Shown here: positions 50,101 through 63,700 of the stretch, piece by piece
How the letters are laid out: each line of letters opens with the position of its first letter
How positions within the stretch are numbered: the first letter of the stretch is position 1
Assembly (NCBI RefSeq): GCF_036321535.1
Contig: NC_087437.1
Coordinates: 12,898,001 to 12,962,000 of the forward strand
DNA from: Camelus dromedarius
Lineage: Eukaryota
Direction of reading: 5' to 3'
Length of the DNA stretch: 64,000 bases
The notes under the pieces: generated by a model
The model's database searches: none
What the model was told of the DNA's origin: nothing
What the model saw: only the letters and a program-made list of their open reading frames with translations
Position numbers and translations under genes: made by a program

Positions 50101-50288
50101 TTTTTTTTTTTGAGTAAAGATAGATTTATTTAGAGAGATACATATTGTATAGAGTGTAGGCTGTTTCAAATGGCAAGATAAAGGCCACAAGGTATGGGGA
50201 TTGGGTGCTCAGGTTAAAGTAAAAGCAGGTGCACACTCCATAGACAGAATGTGGGCTGTCTCTGAAGACAAGGAAGAAAGAGGCAGCC
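50101..50288 (-). mobile_element. Polyadenylated LTR(U3-R)-like retrocopy
   Basis: Minus strand: ...tatgtatctctctaAATAAAtctatctttactc followed by A11; flanks AAGACTCT / AAGATTCT resemble a TSD. Confidence 0.65.
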
Positions 50289-51404
50289 AAGATTCTCTTG
50301 ATATTACCCATTTCCCCTCATTTTTCTTCTTATTCTTGGGAAAATAGAAAAACACTACATATATTTTACGATTCAATCTTCACAACTATATAGTATTATT
50401 ATTTCAATTTCATAGATAAGAAACAGGCTCAGAGACTCTGTTTTATCAAAACACTTCAAACATCTATTAAAAAGTTTATCATAAGACATCCAGGTAGTAA
50501 GCAGTGTGGCTCAAATCTGAACAGTGATTATCTGATTCCAGAGATCACCTCTTAATCTCAAGAATTAACCGCACTATATGAATTTCAGCAACAAAGCCAA
50601 TTCCAGAGAAACCACTTTTTACTTTAGACTCCAAAATGTAAAGTAACAACTCCTATGGGATGTTATAACTATAGTAACATGCTATAAAAACTATGTGATT
50701 TTTAATGACAAGTTGGTGGACTAGGTAAGACAGGAATTATTAATACACCATGTCCAATAAAGAAAATACAGCTCCAAGGAGAACAGGTAACTTCTCAAGG
50801 TCCCTCTAATAGGTGGCAGACTGGTACCGGATGCCTAGTGCCGTATCTCCATCCCCACTGCTGTACTTTGCTGGCTTTCTCTGTGCGGCATCTATAACAA
50901 GAACAATTTTAATTTCTTTTGCTTCTGACAGTATGACTGACTTTAGTGATGATAAAACAGTCCTTTCAGATTGATTGTGCAGAGTTATGGTATTTAGAGG
51001 GGAAAAGATTTTCAATTTGTGGTAATAAATAAGAAAAAATGTGAAAAAGGCAGGATACAAATAAGCCTGGAAAATATAGACGTGTTTGGTTATTACAAAA
51101 ATAAGAAAGTCTGAATGACGGGAATTCACTGAGGTCTGTTTAATTTCATATGAAATAAGTGGCCCTTTTGTATCACAGTGGGGACAGCAAACAAAGAGTA
51201 ATTAGTCAAGAATTTAATAATAAATTGGCCATTGACACATGCTATTCTGTGAATTACAGAACAGTATGCTCTAGACTCTTTTTGAATTTGACTTAGAAGT
51301 CATGGAAGTTCTAAATTTTTAAAATGTTTCTAGTTATTCTTTAACTTAATGACTTTGAATTTATCTTAATCTTAATTTGGAACTTTTAATTTATTTTAAA
51401 TTGA

Positions 51405-51570
51405 TCTTTCTGTCTCTTTCTTCCTTTCTTCTCTTCTTTGTTCTTCCCTTTTTCTATCTCCCTTCCTCCTTCCCGCCCTCTTCCTTCTTTCCTTCCTTTC
51501 TTCCTTCTTTCCATCCTTCCTTCCTTCTTTCCTTCCTTCCTTCCTTCCTTCCCTCCCTCCTTCCTTCCAT
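51405..51570. repeat. (CCTT)n / CT-rich simple repeat
   Basis: Read directly. Confidence 0.92.
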
Positions 51571-51964
51571 TTGTTCTTGCCATGGTTCTTCTGTTTAGGC
51601 CCTCTTTTGGGGTATGAGGTAATTTATGGGCAATCCATTACCTTTTTCTTCCCCAAACTTCCAGGCTTCTCTGGGGTACAGTGCCTGAGAGTCACATCCC
51701 TTGGCCACACATCTAGTGGAGGGTTGATTTATCCACAATAAATTATGCTGGACTGTGTGTCCTTTCTTGTCTCTTACTCTGTAACCAACCATCAGTCCCT
51801 TAGTATGTGACTGTCCCCTGACTAAACTACCTTTGAGATTCTCTTGCCACTATCCTATTATCATTATTCTTCCTACTCCTGGGAAAACAGAAATGGGGTA
51901 CTCCTGTGCTCTTCCTTGGTAGATCACCTTCTACCACCCCTTTTTAGAGAAGTACCCCCAAATT

Positions 51965-52398
51965 TGGATTTGATTCCCCAGAGTCCAATGGTTTGACCAA
52001 CAGAACATGGTGGAAGTGACTAGCTTCCCAGCCCATGCCTTAAGAGATTGTCAACTATAACTCCTAATCTAGAAAACTCACTCTTGAAACCGAGCCACCA
52101 TGCTGTAATGAAGCTCAAGCAGCCCCCAGGAAATGCCGACAGGGAGAGGAACCAAGTCCCCAGGCCAGTGGCTCTGGCTGAACCCCCAGCTGACAGCCAA
52201 GACCAACTTGCCACTCTTGTGAGTCAGGCCACTTGGAAGGAGGTTATCTGTCTCAGATGACTCCATTTGAGCAGACACATATTGTCCCTACTGGGCTGTG
52301 TCCAAATTGTACAGAAGTGAATGAAATAAATGACAGTTGGTGTTTTAAGCATTTAAATTTTATGGTAGCTTTTTATACGGCAATAGGAAACCAGAACA
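51965..52398 (+). mobile_element. MaLR LTR (MLT1G/H-like)
   Basis: 'tttgaccaacagaacatggtggaagtgac...gccaccatgctgtaatgaagctcaagcagcc...gttttaagc...gcaataggaaaccagaaca'. Confidence 0.8.
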
Positions 52399-52589
52399 AG
52401 GGACATGACCCAGGCCTAAGCTGAAATTTCCACCCCTTTCATGAAGTACTATAGGATACTTGTTCCCCTTTTTAGAAAGAAGTACATTACTTTCATTTGG
52501 GTATTCACCCTGTGTGTCCAGTTTTCTCAACTAGGACTCCAAAGGGAAAAATGATGAGAGAGGATGATTAAAACTCCTTCAAAAATATT

Positions 52590-53180
52590 GATGACAACCT
52601 ACAGAATGGGAAAAAATATTTGCAAATGACAAGACCAACAAGGAACTAATTTTCAAAATATATAAATGGCTCATACAGCTTAATACCAAAAAAACAAGCA
52701 ACCCAATCAAAAAATAGTCAGAAGGCCTAAATAGACATTTCTTCACAGAATACATCCAAATGGCAAACAGGCCTATGAAAAATTGCTCAATATCACCAAG
52801 TATTAGAGAAATGCAAATCAAAACTACAATGAGGTATTACCTCACATCAGTCAGAATGGCCATCATTCAAAAGTCCACAAATGATAAATGCTGGAGAGGC
52901 TGTGGAGAAAAGAGAACCATCCTATGCTGCTGGTGGGAATGTAAATTGGTGTAGCCATTGTGGAGGACAGTATGGAGGTTCCTTAAAAAAACTAAAAATA
53001 GACTTACCATATGATCTAGCAATCCCACTTCTGGGCATATATCTGAAGAAAACTCTAATTCAAAAGGATACATGCACCCCACTGTTCACAGAAGCACTAT
53101 TTATAATAGCCAAGACATGGAAACAACCTAAATGTCCATTGACAGATGACTGGATAAATAAGATGTGGTATACATATGTG

Positions 53181-53217
<37 letters not shown>

Positions 53218-53715
53218 GAATACTACTCAGCCAGAAAAAATAATAAAATAATGCCATTTGTAGCAACATGGATGGACCTGGAGATCGTCATTCTAAGTGA
53301 ATTAAGACAGACAGAAAAAAATACCATATGATATCACTTATGTGTGGAATCTGAAAAAAAAAAGACACAAATGAACTTATTTACAAAACAGAAACAGACT
53401 CAGAGGCATAGAGAGCAAACTTATGGTTACTAGGGGGGAGAAAAGGGGGAAGGGATAAATTGGGAATTTGAGATTTGCAGATACTAACTACTATATATAA
53501 AATAGATAACAACAAATTTCTACTGTATAGCACAGGGAACTATATTTAAGATCTTAGAGTAAGCTACAATGAAAAAGAATCTGAAAAGGAATGTATGTAT
53601 ATATTATAGGTATGACTGAAACATTATGCTGTACACCAGAAATTGACACAACATTGTAAACTGTTTATAATTCAATAAAAGAATACATAAATAAAATTTT
53701 AAAAAATTAAAAAAA
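52590..53715 (+). mobile_element. LINE-1 3' portion
   Basis: ORFs 52760-52954 and 52881-53243 ([12 protein letters not shown]...[19 protein letters not shown]); 3'UTR ending 'aattcaataaaa' plus A-rich tail. Confidence 0.95.
53183..53216. repeat. (CA)17 microsatellite inside L1
   Basis: Read directly. Confidence 0.97.
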
Positions 53716-53789
53716 TATCATTGACAATAACCATTTCTTGAGAAAATACGCTGCTAGAGATTAGTGTTAGGAAAAAGGTAGAAAATGGT

Positions 53790-53975
53790 AGGTCTCAACC
53801 TTGACTTTGCATTAGAATGTTCCCAGGAAGTTTCAAAAATTCTGAGGCTTGGTTCCCTCACCCCACTCCACTCCCAGCTCCCAGAGATTCTGGTTTAGCT
53901 GGAGTGTGCCCTGGGTATTTCAGCTTTGAATTCTCTCTAGGTGAGTCTCATTTGCAGCAAAGTTTGCAAACCATT
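53790..53975. mobile_element. MER5-like MITE
   Basis: 'tctcaaccttgactttgcattagaat...ccagagattctggttta...ggtgagtctcatttgcagcaaagtttgcaaacca'. Confidence 0.65.
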
Positions 53976-54204
53976 AGCATGAAACATCATTACTGCCCTT
54001 GGAAGCTTATAGTTGGCCCAAGGAGCCAGGTTTCGTGTAAAAAGATAAGTTCCAGGTAACACCCAGTGTGTAAGATGGACAAGCCCAAATGTGAACCAGA
54101 TATTGAAGGGCAAACAGTGATTCCTAAGACATTGATGTGAGATAAAAATTAGACATATTTTAGGATGGAAGAAACACAACATGCCTTGTTCTTCCCTCGT
54201 TATT

Positions 54205-54360
54205 GTGTATGTGATGTGTTGTTCTCATCTTCTTTGTTGGAATATGAGATCACTGAGGACAAGGGTCAAGTGTTCGCTACTTCTATACCCTGCCCCCCCC
54301 GAGCTACCTAGCACAACACTCACACTCAGTCCAGGCTTAATAAATGGTTGCATATGATTG
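54205..54360 (+). mobile_element. L2 3' end
   Basis: 'gaatatgagatcactgaggacaaggg...cctagcacaac...ggcttaataaatggttg'. Confidence 0.55.
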
Positions 54361-55929
54361 GAAACCCTTTTCTACTTTTTAATTACTCAACATTTAGAGC
54401 CTCATGAGGCTCAGAAAGATCTCTAAACATGTAAAATTCCAGAGAGAGAATTGTAGCGATCGCCACAATATAACTTTTAATCCATTTTGATGTTTAATGC
54501 CTCAGAACATGTGCACAACTGAGCAAAAATCATTTAGGCTGTCGTTACCAGATAGTTCCTGTGTTCTGATGTTTTTCCGTGGCGAGCCAAAAACATCTCT
54601 ATGCTAAAAAGCACCTTTCCCATATACGTTCCATATATATTTTGGGAGCATATAAATGTTGCCATGCACAGCATGTTGTCGGTTTGAAGGACGAGGATTT
54701 TTATAAACCCTCTTTATTTATCATGCATCGTAGCTGGAACCCACTAAATCAAGTGCTGCTTTCCCTAAACACATTTCTCAATGAGTACTACTGAAACAGA
54801 ATGACGTTAATAAATGTAATCAACAGAGCTCTCAACACTCAACATTCAGTCAGTGGCTGGTACCCGAAGCTGATAAATCCTCCTCTGTCTTTTGTGCAAC
54901 CATTGCTGCCTTCTGATTATGTCTGTTTTACTTAGGATGCTGAAAAATTGGGACGCACCCCCAGGAAGTCTTCCTTAACCCTGCGACATGCTTTTTTTTT
55001 TTTTTTTTTAACACTCAGGCTGTAACTGGGTCCACTTCCTTGGAGTCTGGGGGGCATTTCTGACTTGAGCATTGATTTAGGCTTGTGGGAGCCACACCTG
55101 CTATGGAGAACCAGCAGGACACGTGCCAGGTTCCCTGCGACACCGTGAGAGTGGGTGGGTGCCTTCTTTGCTCTCAGTGTTGCCACGCTCCTTTCTTTCT
55201 CTCTCTCTAACATCTTATTTACTGGCCAGAGGTCATTTCTCATTGCACGCCCGTCTTCTTCCTCTTTCCCCAGCCATCTTCCATCGTCCAATTACAGAAA
55301 CACAGGGCTGTTCTCCACCAGCCACTCATGACTGAAGGTGTGTATTAGGTTTACCGGATCTTAAAAATTTAGGTTTACACCAGGAGATTGTAAAACATCT
55401 GGGTATTTGGCTTAGGCATCTGTGTTTTTAAAGAAATGTCCTAGGTGATTCTCTGAAGGTCACTGTCTGAGACACCCTGCAAGTGTGCTCCTGGATTGCG
55501 CGTTATGTGCCTTGTGCTCTGTAGGCATTTGACTTGACTTAAGGGCCAATGTTATTCACTCTTTTGCTATATCAAGAAAAATTTTTGCTCATGTTTTTAC
55601 TTTCTAGCACATTAGTTTTATTTAGGATTTCCCTCTAACGTCTCACGTTGTCTTCTTCTTTCTGAACCCAGAGCTATTCATGTTCCAGTGAGAGTTTCAT
55701 CAGCTCTGTGTACAATGAGATGGTTCAGACCTGCAAACACAAGATCCTAGGACAAGAGTGATGCTTATCTTAAATAACAGACTGCATGAAACAGGCCTTT
55801 TCCTGGGACCCAGGTGGTCACCATCTCCAATTTCTCTCTCCTCAGCATCTTCACAGTCACACCCTTTTCTCTGCACATTCTTGGGAACTCTTCTTCCTAC
55901 CAACCCATGATGTATTCCTTAAGAACATT

Positions 55930-56130
55930 TGGAATGAGACATTTGTGTATTTTGTGATGTCTCCCAGAATCCCCAGTCCGGAAGGAGCAAGTCGGTTGCC
56001 CAGGATGGTAAGCTTTGAGAGTGCCTTCTCCTCACGCCTCCCTCTTCACCTGATGTGCCTCCTGGGTTTCTGCCCAAATAAACCACTTGCACTCAAAACT
56101 TTGTCCTTGGTTATTCTTTCCAAAAAACCA
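55930..56130 (+). mobile_element. LTR16-like 3' fragment
   Basis: 'tgtctcccagaatccccag...gttgccaggatggtaa...aaataaaccacttgcactcaaaactttgtc'. Confidence 0.6.
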
Positions 56131-57179
56131 TTTAAGTCACTGACCATTTTCCCATTACTGTCACTCAGTGACAAACTTGATCCTCTATGGTTTTCTGTAT
56201 GTGCATTTGTTTTCCCTGTCAGATCATTATAAGCGTTGTAGCTGGAGCTGGATCGTTAACTAACTCCCCATAGTCAATGTGCAGAACTTTGCACATTGCC
56301 GAGCCCACAGATCTACCTCTAAGTGTGCCAGATGTGAGCCACAGAGGCCAGCTTGCAGAATGGGCATGCATCATCATTAAACTCTTGATAAATAGGTCCT
56401 GAAATGAACACTAGAACAGGAAATAAAATTCTCTGGGGATTGCTTTCAAAGAGATTGACGATTTCAAAGAGTGGACTGAAGGTTTCAAGGAGAAAGTATA
56501 GTCCTGGCAAGTCTCATTCCGTAGGAGGCGGGGATGGTGAGAAGGAAGCAGGAGGAGGTACAGAGGAGAAAGGCATCCTTCTGCCTGCATTTCAAGATAA
56601 CTCGTGGTATGTTTTATGAAGAAAGAGCTCATCTGAGTACATCATAAAGAAGATGTTATAATTTTGAAGCAGGAGTACATGAGAAATTGCCTGTGGTTTC
56701 AAAGGAAAGGAAATGTGCATTTATCTCCATCTTCACTACAAGCCTGAAAATTTCTTAGAAAACTAGGTAATTTTCAGCAAGTTACTGTGCAAGATATATT
56801 AGGAAGCTATCAGCTAATGTGACCTTTTCAGTAGCACAACTTCAGGAAAGAACGAAGCTATTCTAAGTAACCTTGTTCTACTGCTAAGAAGAAAACTAGG
56901 CTGTGTTTAGAATAGGTTATTATACCTGATTTACCCAAGGACCTTATGGTAAGTGTAGGCAACCTAGTTACCTGCCAATATCAGCATACTGAACAAAGTT
57001 TTATAAGCATGCTGCCTAATTGCAATTGCCAACCATTTCTCCATTATGTTGAAGGTACGCTCCTGACAATTCAAATTAATTTTGTAGTTGGATTGTAAGC
57101 AATTCTAAATCTCCCACAACCCATCTGTAAGGAAGAGATTTAAATCTTGTCACATGACTTTCCCCCAATTTTTCACAAG

Positions 57180-60100
57180 GCATATTTACAAACAAGAAAA
57201 TTTACCCATTATAAGTGCACAATTCAATGATTTTGGGTAAACGTGTTATCATTACAGTACAGACTTGGAACATTTCCATCACTCCAGGACACTCCACTGA
57301 GCTCCTTCACAGTCAGCCTTTGCGACCACTCCCAGCTCCAGGCAACCACTAATCTTCTTCCTGTTCCTGTAAATTTGTATTTTCTGAAACTTTCATAAAA
57401 ATGGAATCATATACAATATATAATTTCTGCATCTGGTCTCTTTTCCTTGGCATTTTGTTGTTGTTTTCTCATTTTCTAGTTTACTAATTTTTGCTTTTAT
57501 CTTGTTTCTTTTTGCAGCTTTATTAAAGTATGACTGACAAATAAAAATTATATACATTTAAGGTGTACAATGTGATGTTTTGATACAGGTATACATTGTT
57601 GAATGATTGCCACAATTGAACTAATTAATACATCTATCACCTCGCATAGTTACCTTTGTGTGTTTATGTGTGTGTGTGCGCGTGGTGGGAACACTTGAGA
57701 TCTACTCTCTTAGCAAATTTCAAGTATACAATACGTTATTATTAACTATAGTTATTGTATTTTCTTTATCCATCCATCAATGGCCACTTAGGTTGTTTCC
57801 ATATCTTGGCTACTGGGAATAATACTGAAATCAATATGGGAGCGCAGAATCTCTTTGAGATAATGATTTTCTTTCCTTCGGAAATATACACAGAAGTGGA
57901 ATGGCTGGATCATTTGTTAGTTCTATTCTTAATTGCTTAAGAAACCTCCATACTGTTTTTCATACTGGTTGCATGAATCTACATTCTCATTAACAGTGCA
58001 CGAAGCTTCCCTTTTCTCCACATCCTCTCTAACACTTGTTACCTCTTTTCATTCTGATAATAGCCATCCTATCAGGTGAGAGGTGATACCTCATTGTGGT
58101 TTTAATTTGCATTCCTGTGATGATTAGAGATATTGACCACCTTTTCATGTATCTGTTGGCTGTTTGTATGTCTTCTTTGTTTTTAAGGTTTATCTATGCT
58201 GAAGCATGGATCAGTACTTCATTAATTTTTATTGCCGAATCATATTCCATTTGTATGGATCGATTACCTTTTATTTATCCATTCATTAGTTGATGAACAA
58301 TTGGATGGTTTCCAATTTTTGGCTACCTTGAATAATACTGCTATCAACAGTCACTAAAATCTTTGTGTGGTTTTCACTTGTATTGGGTGGGTTTCTAGAA
58401 GTGAGATTGCTAGTTCATATAATAAATTTATGTTTAAGTCCTAAGAAACTGTCAAACTGTTTCCCACAGAGGTTACATCATTTTACCACCCCACGAGCAT
58501 TGAGTGAGGCCTCCAGTTTCTCTACATCCTTGCCAACATTTTGGGTTGATTTTTTTTTTTTTTGATTATAGCCATCTTAGTGGGCGTGCCATGGTATCAT
58601 ATTGTGGTTTTAATTTGCATTTTCCTAATGACTAATGATGTTGAACACCTTATAATATGTTCATTTGCATTCACATCTTTTTTTTTGTGTGTGTGAAATG
58701 TCTAGTCTCTTTATCATTTTTAAATTGTGTTGTTTGTATTTTAGTTATAAGAATTCTATTTGTATCCTGGATACAAGTCCTTTTTCAGATGTATGATTTT
58801 TCAAATATTTTCTGCTGTTCTCTTGTTTGTCTCTTTGCTTTCTAGATGGTGTCCTTTGAAACAAAACTTTTTTAATTTTGATTAAGTTCAATGTATCTAT
58901 TTTGGCTTAAAAAACGTGCTGACCTCTTTTCTTTGTTCTCAGTTTTAGAGGAAAATCACTCAGATTTTCACCATTCACTATGCTGCTATTTGTGAGCTTT
59001 TCGTAGATGCTCTTTATGAAGTTGAAGAAGTACTTTCTTAGTCCTAGTGCATTGAAATTAAAAGAAAATCAAGAATAGGTGTTGACTTGCATCCTAAGAT
59101 GGTCATGTGTTTTTTGCCCTTCATTGCATTATGTTACATTAACTGCTTTTTGGATGTTGAATCAACCTTGCATTCCTGGGATGAATCCTATTTGATCACG
59201 GGGTATAATCATTTTTATAGGTGGCTGAATTTGGCTTGCTAGTATTTAATTCATGATTTTTGTATCAATGTTCATGAGAGAGATTGATCTGTGGTTTATT
59301 TTCTTATGATATTTTGTCTGGTATTGGTCTCATAGGGTGAACCTGGGAAGTGTTTCCTCCTCCTTTAATTTCTGAAAGACTTTATGAGATATTGGTATCA
59401 TTTCTTCCTGTCATATTTGATAGAATTCACCAGTAAGGACTTCTGGGCTTTTCTTTGTGGGAATAGTTTTGATTACTAATTCAACTTCTAACTTTTAAGT
59501 CTATTAAGATTGTCTATTCTTGAATCAATTTTGGGTATTGGTAGCTTTCTAGGAATATGTCCATTTCATCGAAATTGTTTATTAGTATAACATTGCTCAT
59601 AGCATTCCCTCATAATCCTATTAATTTCTCTAAGCTAAGAAGTCGTTCCTGACTTTGGTAGGCTGTGCTTTCTCTCTCATTTTCTTGGCTAGTGTAGAGA
59701 AGGGTTTGCCAATCTTTTTGATGTTTTCAAAGAACAAATTTTTGATTTCATTGATTTTCTTTGTTGTTTTGTTTTCTATTTCCTTTCTTTACTTGCATTA
59801 GTTTAGTTTGCTCTTCTAGTTCTACTTTAAGGTGGATATTAGATTACTAAATTGAAATATTTTTCTTTGGTAAGCACTTTAAGATATGAATTTCCCTCAA
59901 AGCACTACATTAGCTCCCATAAATTTTTATACGTTGTGTTTTTGTTTTCACTCAGTTTAAAGTATTTAAAAAATTTCCTTTGACTCATGGATTATATAGA
60001 AGTGTTTTGTTCAATTTCCAAATGTTACAGGTTTTCCCAGATTTCTTTCCATTATGGACCTGTAAGTTAATTCTGTTATGATGAGAGAACACCATAATAT

Positions 60101-60240
60101 AATTTCAAGTCTTTGAAATTTATTGAGATTTGTTTTTATAGCACAGCATACAGTATCTACTGGGGAATATTTCAGGTGGGTTTGTTCCAGTGTTTTGCTC
60201 TTTTTTGTTGTTGAGTTTTGTACCAGTTTCAGTCTTGACA
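57180..60240 (-). mobile_element. Cluster of old L1M fragments (L1MB-like 3' end with a nested L1MA-like piece at about 57500-58180, then ORF2 remnants)
   Basis: L1 3'UTR motifs ('aaggtgtacaatgtgatgttttgatac', 'aaatggaatcata'); ORF2-like 'ccttgcattcctgggatgaatcc', 'gatagaattcaccagtaag'; ORF 60011-60241 'IKTNLNKFQRLEII'. Confidence 0.85.
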
Positions 60241-60329
60241 ATAAAAAATAAATTCTACAAATGGGTAATGAATAGATAAAGGGGATATTTACAAAAAAAA
60301 ATGTGAAAGATGGTTCAGCATCCTACGGC

Positions 60330-60712
60330 TAGCAATAGTTAAGATGTTAAGAGTCTTGTACTTGAAGGGGTATTGAGTGGAAGCAATTACTGGAGCCTGG
60401 AGTGAGAGCTATAATGAAGGAAAGGGCTACCTCCAGCAGCTCTCACTTTTGATAGATAAACGCAGCTAAGTTGCAGCAACCCATCAGAATAAGTGCTGAA
60501 GAAATAAGCACCCCAACCTTACTCTTTCCCTTTCCTTCTGATTTTCTGTCACTGTCTCCTGGTGGCCAAACTTAATGGGAAGCCAGAGGGCTAGGGAGCC
60601 TATTAATGCTGCAATGACAGTTGTCTCTGATCCAGCACAGGATAAAGTGGAGAAGAGTGAAGAACGGATTTGAGAGGGAACATAGAAACTATCTAGTTTT
60701 TGTCCTGAAGCA
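60330..60712 (-). mobile_element. LTR33-like ERVL LTR
   Basis: 'tggccaaacttaatgggaagccagagggctagggagcc...gtggagaagagtgaagaacggatttgagaggg' resembles reverse LTR33. Confidence 0.7.
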
Positions 60713-63700
60713 TCCACCGCTATTCTTTGAGTAAAAAATATGCATTTCCTATTCAGGGGCAAACAAAGTCCCATCGGGGACGTATTATCATAGGTTAATG
60801 TCAATTCACCTGCACTTCCACCTAAAATCTAAAATATTAGCCATGACCTTCATATAAGGTAGCTGGAAAGTACTTAATGTGCACAGAGCCCTGTATCTTC
60901 TGGATCTGGTCATGAGGTCTAATTTGATAGTCAAAGCTTCCACCTTCTATACGCCATTTCTTGTTCAAAGACTCCAGTACCTTGACTAACCCCTTTCCTT
61001 TCCTAGTGGGCTCTCCAAACTTATTTCTAGAGGATTTGAGCCCTTGGTGGTTCTATTTTTATTTGGTTGTTGAAATTTTCTATTGAGAGGTAGCATTGGT
61101 CAAGGGGCTACTAAGATCACCCTAGGTCATCACCTGGGTTCCAAATATAATCCTCTTTGCTTGCATTTTATAGCAGCACCCCAATTTCACCTTAAGGATT
61201 GGCACCAAAAGTCTCATCCTATAGAATGGCCCCTCTCAGCCAGTTGGCTCAAGGCTACATGCCTTTTCAGCAGTGGGGGCATTCACAGAATGACCCCTCA
61301 GAACATAGACAATGTGAGATAATAACACTATTAGATGGCTTTATGGGCCATTTCCATTAATCAAAGGGTCCAGAGAAGAAGGACATAAGAAGATGAGTGG
61401 GAAGCTTTTGTGAGATACCCTGGAGACGACAAGACCCTCGGGAGGGAGGTCTGCAAGGGCATGTGATACTTACGCAGGTGGGAGAAAAGACTCAACAAAG
61501 TGAATTTTATTATTATCACTGTGACTACATTTGTGCCAACAGTATGGTGAGTAGAGTAACATCATAATACAGAAAATCATTCTCTCACGCCTTCTAACTT
61601 ACCAAATAAGAGAGAAATAGGTAGCAGTGGCAAGAGTTTACAAATATGCTCTCAGAAAGAGATTCGTCATGACATTGATGATGCTGTACCAAGTCAGGCA
61701 TTACATTTGGAGTGTATTGCCCACTTATGACCCTAAAGACCCAGCTGGAACAGGTGAAAAGGAAGCTCCGGTTGGCTATTTGCCCTCGAAGTTGAGTCTT
61801 CCTGACTCAGCTCGTGCCATGAGATTGTAGGTATAAAATCTAGGTGTAGCATCATCACAGTGTCACCTAAGGGCATGACTTTTTGAATGCACAAACTATG
61901 CCACTGCTTGGGCTCAGCTCTTCCTACTTTAGCTTTGGTGGAATGGGTTTTTGGCTGCTTATTATGAGAATGACAGCATGCATTAAATTAGCTTCAGGCC
62001 TATCTTTCTATTTTTAAAGAGAGATTAACGTTCTGGACTTGGTTACTAAACATCCTGTTTGATTGGATAAAATTTGAACAGTGGTACAACATTTCAGCTG
62101 GTAATTGTCCAGTCTTCTTCATGCAGCGTGAATGATGCTAATGGCAGCAGAGTTCTCTGGATTTCTCTGGCCTTGCTTTTGACTTGACAGATGGATTTTT
62201 CTATGGCTGAATCCTGTCTACTATTTAGTAGGTGGACTGGCTATGATCACAGTGATCACCACCCGTTTAAATGATGGTTACTTGAATGTAGCTGAGGCCG
62301 CCTTGAATAATGTTAGCAAAGCCATATGTCTCCCTAAAACAGTTTCGTGTTTCTTAGAACAAGACACAGACTCCTTATTTTCCCTTTGATTCCTATATTA
62401 TTGGTCATGCAGCTGCCGCTATGCTGTCATCCTGTGTTCATTTCGAAGAGTTTTAGCACCTGAATGAAATTGGAAATAATTGTAGGTAAGTGTTTCTGAA
62501 GTAATATGTAATTTTCTTCTTATGAATTATTCATATCAACACCTATTTCTGAAGTATTCACTGGTGCTGTATAAAATAGTACATGGTGTGTATGGAAATG
62601 TCTTGATCATATTTTATTTCTCTGTAATATCAGAAGTTATTTGGCAAAAAATATCTCATCCTGAAACAAACAAAAAGCTCTTTATTCTCATATAAAGATC
62701 TTCACTGTCAAAGAATTAGTCATTTGAACAGCAGCATATCTATTTTTCATGCTTCTTCCATAATTTTACCATTTTGAGCCACTATTAAATGCGTTAATAC
62801 CAAATTAATTTTCTTCCCATCTACGTTCTTCTCAATGAATTATCGAAAGATGATTGTTGCTATTTCCAACTGAGACACTGCATTTATTATTAAATTCCTC
62901 GGGAATACTGTGTTAGACATACAAAGCAGTATGGCCCATGGGACAGTCCTAACTCCACGCAGTTGCAGGCAGACCCTCAAGGTTGCATACTATTTTCTCT
63001 GTATTATCTTTTCTGTTCTTGGGGTATACTGTGAATAACAGGACTGAGGCTAAGAAGTTGTGAGTTTGGATCCAGGATCTGCCCTTGACTAACTTTATTT
63101 CCTGAGATCCCAGTAATGCCTTGGGACCTAACATCAAATCTACTGGACAGAAACTCACAGTGGCCAATAGCAAAGGAAATGGAATAAGAAAGGCATCGGC
63201 AAGAGAGAGTGCCTCTACCTCCAGTGCCTCACGCTGAGTTTCCTAGCCCAGAGTCTTCACAGATTCTCAGTTCCTGACCCCGGTGTGGCCAACTTCAAGG
63301 GAGCCTGAGTTTTTGGGCTGCTTCACTTGTAAGGGCGCAAGACTAAGAAGAGGAAGAAGAAAGAGAAGAGATCATGGTCCCATTAGCAACCTGTATCCCC
63401 AGTTGAACCATTTAGAAAGCATAACAAAGAATGCTTCAGAAGGGCTGAAATCCCTCTTTGGTGGGATGCCATTTCTTGCCTTGATTCTGACTCTTGAGCT
63501 AGAGATGGGGTAAGAAGTAGCAGTGGAGTGGTAGCCAGAAACTTTGAATTCTGCCTGGAAGTCGAATTCTACTTTGCCAAGTTGTGACATCCGGCCAATA
63601 TAAGTTTCATTATTAGAACACTAACATTTGTATTTTTGTTACCAGAAAGCAGAACTTCTTTCTTTGAAAGGGAGCAGCTAATTTTAAATGATTTTACAAT

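Noticed and set aside
55968..56007. Small + strand exon (CAG|...ATG|GTAAGC)
   Set aside because: Lies within an LTR16-like remnant; there is no evidence of exonisation from sequence alone
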